Of a stretch of DNA of 64,000 bases, positions 1 to 9,426 are shown in pieces; the first letter of the stretch is position 1; every line of letters starts with the position of its first letter. The notes below the pieces were generated by a model, which saw nothing but the letters and a program-made list of their open reading frames with translations, was not told where the DNA came from and searched no databases. The position numbers and the translations under genes are program-made. The DNA comes from a virus: positions 69,025 through 133,024 of the IMG/VR virus record IMGVR_UViG_3300024261_000007. One strand, written 5' to 3'.

Positions 1-75
1 TTTTGGATAAAGACACTTTCAGGCACAAGTGTAGGCCTATTATTAAGCTTATTAGTGTATCAAGCTGTAAAATAG
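1..75 (+). CDS. 3' end of a truncated gene; C-terminal hydrophobic helix (membrane protein)
   Basis: Frame 1 reads FWIKTLSGTSVGLLLSLLVYQAVK-TAG; start is outside the window. Confidence 0.45.
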   Translation, partial: FWIKTLSGTSVGLLLSLLVYQAVK

Positions 76-129
76 ATAATGCAGATCATATTTATTTTAT
101 TAAACATTAATTATTAGGAGTTAATTAGT

Positions 130-402
130 ATGGAACCAAACGTAGTGCTTTCAGTAGGTAGTTTAATTGGTTTGTTTGGGTTGTTTTACGCTTGGCATAA
201 AGACGCAAAGTCAACTTCAAATCAAATTACAGCTTTAGAAAACAAAGTTAAACATTTAGATGAAAAGTTAAAGCAACAAGACAGTGCAATTGAAAGAATA
301 AATCAGACCCTTATTAAAATGGATCTTAAGTTAACACGTATTGACACACAGCTTTCTCTTTTATTAGAAGAAAAAAGAGACAGACAACAAAATGTTTCTT
401 AA
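130..402 (+). CDS. Small membrane protein, N-terminal TM helix plus coiled coil (holin/XhlA-like shape)
   Basis: AGGAG RBS at 116-120; hydrophobic VVLSVGSLIGLFGLFYAW followed by heptad-rich segment. Confidence 0.6.
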   Translation: MEPNVVLSVGSLIGLFGLFYAWHKDAKSTSNQITALENKVKHLDEKLKQQDSAIERINQTLIKMDLKLTRIDTQLSLLLEEKRDRQQNVS

Positions 403-447
403 AAACAGATATATTTAGATAATAATATTAAAAACAGGAGAAATAAT

Positions 448-666
448 ATGCGTATTACACAAAAAGAGCTTCGAAATATGATTGCTGAAGAGATGAAAAA
501 TATCAAGGCAGAACGTCTTGTAGAAGGTTCACAATCAAACCCAGTTGTTGCAACACCAGAGCTTATTAATCAAATTATTAAAGAAGAGTTTGAAGCATTC
601 CAGACACGTCAAAAGCTTGCAGAAGCAAAAAAAAGAAGTAGAATTTTAAAAAATAGACGTCGTTAA
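448..666 (+). CDS. Hypothetical phage protein with repeated helical xLxxMIAEE / LINQIIKEE motif
   Basis: AGGAG RBS; MRITQKELRNMIAEE and ELINQIIKEE repeats. Confidence 0.7.
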   Translation: MRITQKELRNMIAEEMKNIKAERLVEGSQSNPVVATPELINQIIKEEFEAFQTRQKLAEAKKRSRILKNRRR

Positions 667-682
667 TTTTTTAAAAAAAGAT

Positions 683-711
683 TGAACAAATTCAATATTA
701 TGATTATAATT
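683..711 (+). promoter_or_regulatory. Candidate sigma70-like promoter upstream of ORF 758
   Basis: TTGAAC followed by TATAAT at sigma70-like spacing in the 667-757 intergenic gap. Confidence 0.4.
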
Positions 712-757
712 TGTATGCATTATTTAATTAATCACAATATTGAAAGGAATATAAAAT

Positions 758-1009
758 ATGCAATTAACACCTGAGCAAGTTCAATCTATCAACATTCTTC
801 TTTCTGCAGTACAAGTAGCACAACGACGTGGCGCATTTTCTTTGCAAGATGCATCTACTCTACAAGATGCAATTGATAAGCTAGTACCAAGAGAAGAGCA
901 AGAGAGACAAGCTGCAGAAGCACAAAAAGCTGGCGCAGAATCAGATGATGCTGAGGCAGCGGTAAGCATGCCTGAAGAAGATTCTGAACATTCATCTGAT
1001 TCCGAGTAA
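758..1009 (+). CDS. Hypothetical protein, acidic C-terminus
   Basis: AAGGA RBS, 83 aa ORF followed by terminator. Confidence 0.7.
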   Translation: MQLTPEQVQSINILLSAVQVAQRRGAFSLQDASTLQDAIDKLVPREEQERQAAEAQKAGAESDDAEAAVSMPEEDSEHSSDSE

Positions 1010-1030
1010 CAATTTTAAAAAATATATTTT

Positions 1031-1053
1031 AAGTGCATTAATGCACTTTTTTT
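1031..1053 (+). terminator. Rho-independent terminator
   Basis: AAGTGCA-TTAA-TGCACTT perfect hairpin followed by a T run, just after stop at 1009. Confidence 0.75.
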
Positions 1054-1077
1054 GTATTTACATAATATATAGTTTTA

Positions 1078-1132
1078 GGCCCGATGCAAACATAACAGCT
1101 GACCCCGCCAGTGCATCGGAATCATGCGGACA
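1078..1132 (+). ncRNA. Putative structured leader RNA (stem-loop with possible pseudoknot), family not recognised
   Basis: CCGATGCA(1081-1088)/TGCATCGG(1112-1119) stem, inner CTG/CAG, loop CCGC(1105-1108) complementary to GCGG(1126-1129); GC-rich island in AT-rich intergenic DNA. Confidence 0.5.
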
Positions 1133-1158
1133 AGTTTATCACAGAAAGTGAGGAAGTT

Positions 1159-1596
1159 ATGGCAACAAGAAGAAAGTCTACTTCTAAAAAGAAAAAAGAA
1201 GAACCAGTAGTAGAATCTCCTGTAGAAGTTGTTGAACCAGCAGTAGAAGAAAAGGCACCTGAGCCTCCACCCGTTGTTGAACCCGAACAGCCTCAAGCCG
1301 AAGAAGAACCACCTCCTGTGCCTGAAGAGCCGAAAGCAAAAATGTCAGCCAAAGTAGAGCCTGTTTCAGAAGCAGTTGCTGATGTTCCTGTAGAAGTTCC
1401 TGCACCAGTTGTAGAACAAAAGGCTGAGGTTGTAGAACTGCCTCGTATGAGTATTGGTTCTATTGTTATGACACCAACTGGCAAGCGTTGTCAAGTTGTA
1501 GGTCATGCAAAAGGTGGAAAGTTTAGAGTTCAAAATTTAAAAAATACGCGAAAGGTTTATGCATACGAACCTTCTCGTCTCTCATTGGTACAATAA
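1159..1596 (+). CDS. Pro/Glu/Val-rich low-complexity protein with small C-terminal beta (KOW/SH3-like) domain
   Basis: GAGGA RBS before ATG 1159 (MATRRKSTSKKKK), preferred to track start 1111; C-terminus SIGSIVMTPTGKRCQVVG. Confidence 0.7.
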   Translation: MATRRKSTSKKKKEEPVVESPVEVVEPAVEEKAPEPPPVVEPEQPQAEEEPPPVPEEPKAKMSAKVEPVSEAVADVPVEVPAPVVEQKAEVVELPRMSIGSIVMTPTGKRCQVVGHAKGGKFRVQNLKNTRKVYAYEPSRLSLVQ

Positions 1597-1627
1597 TTTT
1601 ATAAAATAAAAAAAAAGGAGATATGAT

Positions 1628-2143
1628 ATGCCGTTAGTAGAAATTAGTACAGATAAAGGTTTAGTTCAAAAGTCTGGTGCCGCAACAGATGGTGGTGCAG
1701 GTCTTAAATTACTTGCATTAAATGGTGCAGCTGCAGAGCTTAAAGTAATTCAAGCAGATGTGACAATTGCAGATGGCGCTGCAGGCAGTAAAGGAAAATC
1801 ATCAGCAGCGATTGTCCCAGCAGGCTTTGTAGCTTTAAGTTGTCATGTTCGATTTACAGTTGCCTCTACAGGTAATGTCAACTTGGTTGATATTGGAACT
1901 GAAGCAGACCCTGATTGCTTTGTCGACGGTGCTGGTTTGTTAGATTTAAGAACAATTGGTGATAAAGGATTTGTATCATGCAATGGTTTAGCTGCAGTCA
2001 ATGGTGATGCAGCGACAACTGGTAGAGCATTAGAAGCTGCAGCAGACGAACTTAGCGTTACTTTAAGCGGTGATCCTGGCGCAGGTGATGCAACAGTAAG
2101 AGTTACACTTGTAGGTCTTGTACTTACTCAAGCAACAGCATAA
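1628..2143 (+). CDS. Putative virion (head decoration-like) protein, paralog 1
   Basis: AGGAG RBS; Ala/Gly-rich beta protein; shares MPLVEIS, ADPDCFVDG, GDKGFVSCNGLAAVNG with the next ORF; directly upstream of neck genes. Confidence 0.6.
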   Translation: MPLVEISTDKGLVQKSGAATDGGAGLKLLALNGAAAELKVIQADVTIADGAAGSKGKSSAAIVPAGFVALSCHVRFTVASTGNVNLVDIGTEADPDCFVDGAGLLDLRTIGDKGFVSCNGLAAVNGDAATTGRALEAAADELSVTLSGDPGAGDATVRVTLVGLVLTQATA

Positions 2144-2154
2144 GGAGACTCAAA

Positions 2155-2667
2155 ATGCCATTAGTAGAAATTAGTAATGAAAAAGGTCTCGTACAGAAAA
2201 CCGGCACTTCTATTGGAGGCGGTGCTGCTATAAAGCTGTTAGCATCAAATAGCGCTGCGTCGGAATTAAAAATAATTCAAGCCGACATTACAGTTGGCGC
2301 TGCAGTAACTACAGCAAAGTCAGCTTCAGCAGTTGTCCCTGCAGGTTTTGTTGCACTTGCTGCAATGTTCCGCGTAACCGAAGCTGCAACTGAAGCTGTA
2401 GTAATTGAAGATATTGGAACTGATGCAGATCCTGATTGTTTTGTTGACGGTGCTGCTATTACTGCAGATGCGGCGGGCGACAAAGGATTTGTATCGTGTA
2501 ACGGTTTAGCTGCAGTTAATGGTGCTATAGCAACAACAGGACGCGCATTAGAAGCTGCTGCAGATGAACTTGAAATCGTATTGGATGGAGTTCCTGGAGG
2601 TGATGGGTGCACAGTAAGAGTTACTCTTGTAGGTCTTGTAATGACAGGCGCAATTGCTCCAGTTTAA
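2155..2667 (+). CDS. Putative virion (head decoration-like) protein, paralog 2
   Basis: Tandem paralog of 1628-2143; AGGAG RBS. Confidence 0.6.
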   Translation: MPLVEISNEKGLVQKTGTSIGGGAAIKLLASNSAASELKIIQADITVGAAVTTAKSASAVVPAGFVALAAMFRVTEAATEAVVIEDIGTDADPDCFVDGAAITADAAGDKGFVSCNGLAAVNGAIATTGRALEAAADELEIVLDGVPGGDGCTVRVTLVGLVMTGAIAPV

Positions 2668-2696
2668 TTGACTTTAAAGACTAAACTTTTTATTTT

Positions 2697-2735
2697 AAAA
2701 CCTCATTGTAGTAGAGATACTCTTTGGGGTTTTTT
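2697..2735 (+). terminator. Rho-independent terminator
   Basis: AAAACCTCA...AGTA-GAGA-TACT...TGGGGTTTT hairpin with T tail. Confidence 0.6.
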
Positions 2736-2821
2736 AGTATAAGTAGAAAGAAATAGCAAGTTAATTAGAGTATAGTCCTATATTTATATAATAAAGAAGT
2801 ATATAGATAGGAGAGACATAT

Positions 2822-4300
2822 ATGGCTTCATTTCTTGAGACAACGCAGCCAACAGCATTTGGTGTGTTTGATAAAGACTTGCATTTTCAAGAAGACGCAG
2901 TGGGTATTGTATTATACGTAAAACGTCGTCTTGGTGATGACATTATGTCTGTAGAATTAACAAATAGACAAATATGGACAAACTTTGAAGAAGCATGCTT
3001 AGAGTTTTCTAAAAACATCAACGCACACCAAGCTGAATCATACATGTCAAACTTGTTAGGTTTGCAAATAGGACCAAGCGAAACATTTAAAAAAAATGAC
3101 TTTGATCATTACTACTTCGGCGACGATGCTTTAAAAAACGAAAGTCCTTTACTCATACAAGACACGTTTGATCCTCGCTTTAAAATAAACAACAAACAAG
3201 GCCAATATAAAACAGACGAAAACGGTAATGTTATAACTCCAAGAGAAATTGTTGAATTATTGGATGGCGAAGTAAGAGTTGCTGCTTCTCCTATTGTTTT
3301 GGCCAGAATTGGTCCACATGGAAAAGAACAACAGTTTCCAAGAGAAACATTAGAATATTTAACACGTCGTGCAGAGCCATATGCATCAGAAGCAGGTGTA
3401 GGTGGTTCTACAGATTTTGTTAGGTCATTTATAAAACTTGAAGGCGGGAAGCAAGATTACGATATATATTCAGATCTTGTAGTTCCTGGGCCAAATGGTG
3501 AAGAGCTTAAGCTTGAAGAGTTTGATGGTAGTGATGGACACTTAAGTGCTTTTAATCCAAAGTTTGCAAGTAGCTTGCCTGCAAATATATTACCATCAAA
3601 AATTAAAATCCAAGAAGTATTTCACTTTTCCCCGCAGGCTGCTTACAGGTTTTTTGATACAACATCAGCAGTCAACTACTTAAACAACCAGTTTTCATTT
3701 GAATCTTTTACACCCGAAACAGTTTTTTATGTTTTACCTGTTTTTGAAGACTTGCTTCGTGCAGGACAGTTAGATATATCAAATAGAGTAAGAAGAAGTA
3801 ATTATTCGTATAGATTGCAAGGAAAAAATCTAAGAATATTTCCATCTCCATCAAAAGGAAATCCAATGAATCTTTTTGTTAAGTTTTCTTTTCCTCCAGA
3901 TCCTTATAAAACGACATTACCTTACGACGACAGCTCTATTACTGGCGTTTCAAACATATCTAATGTACCTTTTTCTAACATCAAGTACGAGAGCATTAAT
4001 TCTATGTGTAGAACGTGGATTAAGCAATATACTTTGGCATTGTGCAGAGAAACATTAGGTTTAGTAAGATCAAAGTTTTCTTCTGTGCCTATTCCAGGTA
4101 GTGATTTAAGCATGAACGGGAGCGAACTTTTAAGTCAAGGTCGAGAAGACAAAGTGAACTTAATTACTTCTTTAGGCGAGACATTAGATAAGCTAACTTA
4201 TCAAAAACTTTTAGAGAGTGATGCAGCCCAGTCTGAAACAATGACACAGATTCTTAAAAGAATACCTATTCCTAACGGAAGAGCAATTATTATAGGATAA
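2822..4300 (+). CDS. Neck protein, T4 gp13-like (head-tail adaptor)
   Basis: YVKRRLG..MSVEL N-terminus and WIKQYTLALCRETLGLVRSKF..PIPG..LSMNG..L C-terminus typical of gp13-like proteins; position before sheath genes. Confidence 0.75.
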   Translation: MASFLETTQPTAFGVFDKDLHFQEDAVGIVLYVKRRLGDDIMSVELTNRQIWTNFEEACLEFSKNINAHQAESYMSNLLGLQIGPSETFKKNDFDHYYFGDDALKNESPLLIQDTFDPRFKINNKQGQYKTDENGNVITPREIVELLDGEVRVAASPIVLARIGPHGKEQQFPRETLEYLTRRAEPYASEAGVGGSTDFVRSFIKLEGGKQDYDIYSDLVVPGPNGEELKLEEFDGSDGHLSAFNPKFASSLPANILPSKIKIQEVFHFSPQAAYRFFDTTSAVNYLNNQFSFESFTPETVFYVLPVFEDLLRAGQLDISNRVRRSNYSYRLQGKNLRIFPSPSKGNPMNLFVKFSFPPDPYKTTLPYDDSSITGVSNISNVPFSNIKYESINSMCRTWIKQYTLALCRETLGLVRSKFSSVPIPGSDLSMNGSELLSQGREDKVNLITSLGETLDKLTYQKLLESDAAQSETMTQILKRIPIPNGRAIIIG

Positions 4301-4305
4301 AGATT

Positions 4306-4962
4306 ATGGCACGTTTATTTGTAGGGCAGCGAGAAGTAGACTTCTTTTCAGACTTGACAAAAGAGTTGATTAAAGACGTAGCAGGTCAAAAAGTATACTA
4401 CTATACAATAAGAGAAGACTTGTCTAATATACATGAAGTGTACGAAGAGTCACCTCATAAGATATTTAATCCACCAGTTGAAATTGAATGCATGATTGAA
4501 TGGCAACCTTCAGAAGTTAAAACAACAAACTTTGGCTCTGAACATATTAAGACAATTACTTTGTATTTGCATTATAGAGACTTGCTTGATAGAGGTATTA
4601 CGTTTAACGAAGGTGACTATTTTTCTTATGGCACATACTTTTTTGAAGCAACTTCTGTTAAATACGACAAGCTTGCTTACGGACAGATAGATAGAGTTGT
4701 TTCTTTACAGGTAAATGGTAAACAAACTCGAATGGAGCAGATTGCATTTAAACCTCATGGTCCTTTAGGAGAAGAATATACAGACAAAGATGCAATACAA
4801 ACAACATTTGAGCAGCAGCGAGGATTTAATGAAAGCGACAAGCGTCAATTAAGAAGTGACGGTGTCATTGATGATCCAATTACAGGTCCTAAAAAAGTTG
4901 CACCTGATGGTACAACAAAGAGCGTAAACGGAGTAGGTTCTTCGTTTTATGGAGATGATTAA
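4306..4962 (+). CDS. Neck protein, T4 gp14-like (head closure)
   Basis: GQKVYYY, VYEE, FG, EGD pattern; follows gp13-like gene. Confidence 0.65.
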   Translation: MARLFVGQREVDFFSDLTKELIKDVAGQKVYYYTIREDLSNIHEVYEESPHKIFNPPVEIECMIEWQPSEVKTTNFGSEHIKTITLYLHYRDLLDRGITFNEGDYFSYGTYFFEATSVKYDKLAYGQIDRVVSLQVNGKQTRMEQIAFKPHGPLGEEYTDKDAIQTTFEQQRGFNESDKRQLRSDGVIDDPITGPKKVAPDGTTKSVNGVGSSFYGDD

Positions 4963-6188
4963 TGGCAACAAAGTATGACATAGATAACGCTAAAAGATAT
5001 GCACCTACTGGTTACGAAGGGACAAACGAGCCTGACTATGTCATTCCCTCTTGCGGCCTTGAAGACTTAGACAAGTCTGTTTTTAATCTTTTTGACAAAC
5101 AAATTCCTCTTTTTCATGAAATGCATGGCTCTGTAGAGAAGGTACCTGTTGTCTTTGCAACTGGTGAAAGGTTTGCTATATTAAGACGCAAAAAGCCACT
5201 TATAGATAAAAACGGTACACTTATTTTACCACTTATATCTATATCAAGAGGCGCAGTTGATGCAGTGCCACAAAAAGGTATTGCAAATAATCAAATGTTT
5301 CCTCATGTTGTAACTAAAAGAATTTCCAAAAAAGATTTAGAATATAGACAGCAACAAAATGTTGAAGGCTTGCGTAATGTTAAAGGTGAAGACCTTAATT
5401 TAGAGGATGGTGACTTTTCGCTTAAACCTAAAACAGTAAATAATATTATTGAAACAATAGAAATACCCCCTATTAAGTATTTTTCTGCAAGTTATGAGAT
5501 TACAATCTGGTCGTCTTTTACACAGCAAATGAACAAATTCTTGGAAAGTATTTTAAATGCTTACACACTTAATCCTGGGCAACAATTTAGATTAGAAAGT
5601 GATAAAGGTTATACTTTTTCTGCTTTTATGGAAAGTTCTTTTTCTCAAGATACAAGCTATGCAGATTTTACAGATGCTGAAAGGTATATTAAATATAGTA
5701 TGTCTTTAAATGCAACAGGTTATTTGATTGCACCAAACATATTAGGAGGAAAGACTGCTTTAAGATCTTTCTTGAGCGCACCTCAAATATCTTTCGATGT
5801 CTTAGATGAATATGAAAATATAGATCCACAACTTTCTGGTGCACCTGTTGATTCAAATCCTGACGCTCATATTTTTGATGATCTTGCAACTGAAGACTCT
5901 TTTGCACCTGCACAAGGTGTAGGCGTGAGAGGCGGACCAAATGCTGCTGCGCTTCGAGATGTTGATGCATCTGCAGGAGTTGCAGTAGGACTTAATTTAG
6001 AAAAGTACACAAGCGAATCAGTTGGTGCAAGAGGCTCTGATTGGAAAAAGACAAGAAAAACTTTTGTAAGAAATACCGAAGGCAAACTTATTCCTGTCAT
6101 GGCAAAAGCATCAAAAGGCAAAGGTGAGACAGTTTATGATGCTCGTCTGGCTGAAGTTTTGTTTAATATTTCAAACGACAAAGAATAA
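4962..6188 (+). CDS. Tail terminator / sheath stabiliser, T4 gp15-like
   Basis: KVPVVFATGERF, LILPLISISR, YEITIW..QQMNKFLE motifs; synteny neck-terminator-sheath. Confidence 0.65.
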   Translation: MATKYDIDNAKRYAPTGYEGTNEPDYVIPSCGLEDLDKSVFNLFDKQIPLFHEMHGSVEKVPVVFATGERFAILRRKKPLIDKNGTLILPLISISRGAVDAVPQKGIANNQMFPHVVTKRISKKDLEYRQQQNVEGLRNVKGEDLNLEDGDFSLKPKTVNNIIETIEIPPIKYFSASYEITIWSSFTQQMNKFLESILNAYTLNPGQQFRLESDKGYTFSAFMESSFSQDTSYADFTDAERYIKYSMSLNATGYLIAPNILGGKTALRSFLSAPQISFDVLDEYENIDPQLSGAPVDSNPDAHIFDDLATEDSFAPAQGVGVRGGPNAAALRDVDASAGVAVGLNLEKYTSESVGARGSDWKKTRKTFVRNTEGKLIPVMAKASKGKGETVYDARLAEVLFNISNDKE

Positions 6189-6247
6189 TTAAGAAGTATT
6201 ATAATAATTAAACATAGAACAAGAAATATTAGTAGGAGAATATAATC

Positions 6248-9200
6248 ATGGCAGAACAGACATTTAAGTCTCCAGGATTTTTCGAAAGAGAGATTGAGTT
6301 AGTTAGTCGTCCTCTTACACGAAATACAGCTACACCAGTGGGTGTAATTGGTCCTGCCCAAAAAGGACAAGCTTTCGTACCGAAAACAGTAACAAGCGTA
6401 GATGAATTTATCAGAGAATTCGGCATGCCCGACCAAGATACTTCAGCATCTCATGCTGTTGCTGAGTTTTTTGCAAATCGAGGTAAAGCAGCAACTTTCT
6501 GCCGTATTTTAGGTACTGGTAAAGGTTACGGCTCAGATCTTAAATTTGCAGGATTCAAACTAGATGGTGCAGACTTAGGGCAAAATCAAGCAAAAGGAGC
6601 AGTACAGTTTATTGTTGCAGAACACAAAGTTGATGACGCAGAACATGTTACATATGGTATTTTTAACGATAATGACTCAATCACAACAAACGCTGACGAA
6701 GACCCAAGTAATGGCTTAGTCGCTAACGACGACATAATACAGCTAGTTCGTGCAATGATTTTTATGCATAAGGATTATACGTTAAGAATCGTTTCAGGCG
6801 GTGGAACAGATCAATCTCAAGTGTCAGATGATGCTGATAAAACTTTTACTCTTTATATTCACGATGCAGTCAATAATTTGCTTGTAAAACAATATACAGT
6901 TTCTTTAGACCCAGCGTCTTCGCAATATATTTCAAAAGTTTTAAACACAGATTCTTTCAGTTTTACAAGCACAGGACACTTTCTTTATGCAGACTTTCCT
7001 GTAGAAGATCTTCTTGCATCAACTCGAGCACAAAGTGTTGCTGTAGTTAGAGGTAAAGATGACGGTAATTATTTGGATATGTATGGAGACTTTGTTTCTC
7101 GATTTGAAGCACCACGTACAACCTCGTTTATATCACAACCTTTTGGTGATAAAGAATATGACTTGTTTCACTTTGAATCTTTAGACGATGGAACATATGC
7201 AAGTGATGATTACAAGATTTCTATTGCAGATCTTCGTGCATCAACAGAGAAAAATTATAGATTTGGAACATTTACTGTTCAACTTCGTAAAATTGATGAT
7301 ACAGATGATGCGCCTATTATTTTAGAATCTTATGCAAGATGTTCTTTAGATCCAGATTCTCCAAATTATATCGCAAGACGAATTGGAGATCAAAAAGTTT
7401 ATTTAAATCTTGATACAAATGACGAAGATGAAAAGCGTCTGCTAAGAGAAGGTACTTTCCCGAGCCAGTCAACACGTATTCGAGTCGTAATGAATAAGTC
7501 AGTGACTCGCAACGAAATCCCAGAAGATTCTCTTCCTTTTGGTTATCGTGGTATTCCTACTTTAAGAACAACACCTAACGGTAAAGACGGAGGAGAAAAT
7601 CAAGTTTCTTTGCTTTCTGGTCGTGATGTTGTTTCCGGTGGTGCATCTGATGATTTAGGTTGTGCTGTATTGCCTCCTTTGCCTTTTAGATCAAAAGTAA
7701 CAAGAGGCAGTATGCAAAAAGACGGTACTTACTTTCAAACTTATTTTGGACAATCTTTAGAAGAGTCTAATGGCGTTGTACAAAAAGTAACTCAAGAAAA
7801 TGTTAAGTCTTATTTCTACTGGGGATTACATACACAAAAAGTAACAAATATTAACGAGCCTAATAGAGGTGGTTTAACTGATTTTAATCCGCTTATTATT
7901 AATTTAACAAAGTTCTTGACAAAGTCAGATGCACTTAAATTTAGTTCTGAAGAAGCAGACAGCTTTAACAATAACAAGTTTTCTTTATCGAAAGTTGCAT
8001 TCCCTTATGCTTCGATTACTGATATACCTAACGTATTGTCAGATGCCTTTTTAGAGGCAGCGTACATTCGAAATGCTGATGTTGGTTCAAATGCATACGA
8101 TTCTGTTGCACACACAATTAATATGGCAGCTGATAATATACAAGATGCATTTACAAATGAATTGCAAGGTCAAAGTCAGGCAATTCGTGCAACAATGGCT
8201 AAACTTTTAGCAGAAGATCCTGTTAAATTTAATAAGTACAGCTTGATGGCTAAGTTTACTGCTCCTTTTTATGGTGGTTTTGACGGTGTAAACATTTTAG
8301 ATAGAGATGACTTCTTCTTTACAGACAAATCATCGTCTATTGATGTAGATGGTCATGCTGGCGCTAATGGATATTTAAGTGGTCTATCAGGAACAAGTGA
8401 CATTAATGAGTCATTAGGTTTACCAATTCAAGGAACAAAGCTAAATAACAATGCAGTGTTATCTTATAGAGAAGCTATTCGTGTTATGACTGATGAAATG
8501 ATTGTAGATCATAATGTCTTGGTTGTTCCTGGTATTAGAGATTCATTAATTACAGACTTTGCTGCACGAAGAGTTAAAGATTTTGGCAAGGCAATATTCT
8601 TGATGGATATACCTCACTACGATGCAGCAGGAAATAGAATTTTTGTTTCTTCACGTGGCGTAGCAAGTGGTATTGCTGATGTTGATATGACTAGTCAGCA
8701 ATTTGATATTCGTGAACTTGATTCATCATATGTCGCAACATATTTTCCAGACGTTATGTTAAGAGATTCAGGAGATGTTGTAAGTGATGGCGCAACTCAA
8801 AATCAAAGAGTTGTAAGAACGCCTTCTTCAGTTGTAGCCCTTGGCGCACTTGCTCGAACAGACAATTTAGCAGGATCAGCACCCTGGTTTGCACCTGCAG
8901 GATTTTCTCGAGGTGCCCTTGGTAGAGTATCAAGTATTGATGTAAGATTAAACGCAGGTGATCGTGATACTCTTTACGAGGCAAGAATTAATCCGATTGC
9001 AAATTTCCCAAATAATCAGTTTGTTATCTTTGGTCAGAAGACAACACAAATTGCAAGAACAGCTTTGGACCGTGTAAACGTAAGAAGATTAATGATCAAT
9101 ATCAAGAGAAGAATTCAAAGAGTTGCACAAGGTCTTTTGTTTGAGCAAAATGATGCAGCAACAAGAAATAGATTTATTTCCCAGGCTTCTTCAATTCTTG

Positions 9201-9382
9201 CAGATGTTCGAGTAAGACAAGGTATTGAAGACTTTAGAGTTGTTATGGATGATACAAATAACTCTCAAGAAGACGTTGACAATAACAGACTGAATGGCCG
9301 AATTATTGTTGTTCCGACCAGAGCTGTTGAGTTTATTGCAATGGACTTTATTATTACAAATAGCGGCGTAGAATTCCCATAA
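6248..9382 (+). CDS. Contractile tail sheath protein 1
   Basis: SPGFFEREIE, GVIGPAQKG, PWFAPAGFSRG, INPIANF, GQKT, ALDRVNVRRL, PTRAVEFIAMDF. Confidence 0.92.
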   Translation: MAEQTFKSPGFFEREIELVSRPLTRNTATPVGVIGPAQKGQAFVPKTVTSVDEFIREFGMPDQDTSASHAVAEFFANRGKAATFCRILGTGKGYGSDLKFAGFKLDGADLGQNQAKGAVQFIVAEHKVDDAEHVTYGIFNDNDSITTNADEDPSNGLVANDDIIQLVRAMIFMHKDYTLRIVSGGGTDQSQVSDDADKTFTLYIHDAVNNLLVKQYTVSLDPASSQYISKVLNTDSFSFTSTGHFLYADFPVEDLLASTRAQSVAVVRGKDDGNYLDMYGDFVSRFEAPRTTSFISQPFGDKEYDLFHFESLDDGTYASDDYKISIADLRASTEKNYRFGTFTVQLRKIDDTDDAPIILESYARCSLDPDSPNYIARRIGDQKVYLNLDTNDEDEKRLLREGTFPSQSTRIRVVMNKSVTRNEIPEDSLPFGYRGIPTLRTTPNGKDGGENQVSLLSGRDVVSGGASDDLGCAVLPPLPFRSKVTRGSMQKDGTYFQTYFGQSLEESNGVVQKVTQENVKSYFYWGLHTQKVTNINEPNRGGLTDFNPLIINLTKFLTKSDALKFSSEEADSFNNNKFSLSKVAFPYASITDIPNVLSDAFLEAAYIRNADVGSNAYDSVAHTINMAADNIQDAFTNELQGQSQAIRATMAKLLAEDPVKFNKYSLMAKFTAPFYGGFDGVNILDRDDFFFTDKSSSIDVDGHAGANGYLSGLSGTSDINESLGLPIQGTKLNNNAVLSYREAIRVMTDEMIVDHNVLVVPGIRDSLITDFAARRVKDFGKAIFLMDIPHYDAAGNRIFVSSRGVASGIADVDMTSQQFDIRELDSSYVATYFPDVMLRDSGDVVSDGATQNQRVVRTPSSVVALGALARTDNLAGSAPWFAPAGFSRGALGRVSSIDVRLNAGDRDTLYEARINPIANFPNNQFVIFGQKTTQIARTALDRVNVRRLMINIKRRIQRVAQGLLFEQNDAATRNRFISQASSILADVRVRQGIEDFRVVMDDTNNSQEDVDNNRLNGRIIVVPTRAVEFIAMDFIITNSGVEFP

Positions 9383-9426
9383 GAAGTATAGTTATAATTA
9401 AATGAAATCAATAGGAGAAATATAAT

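Noticed and set aside
1111-1158. Track start at 1111 for the Pro/Glu-rich ORF
   Set aside because: The GTG lies within the predicted RNA stem and has no RBS; ATG 1159 has GAGGA at the correct spacing
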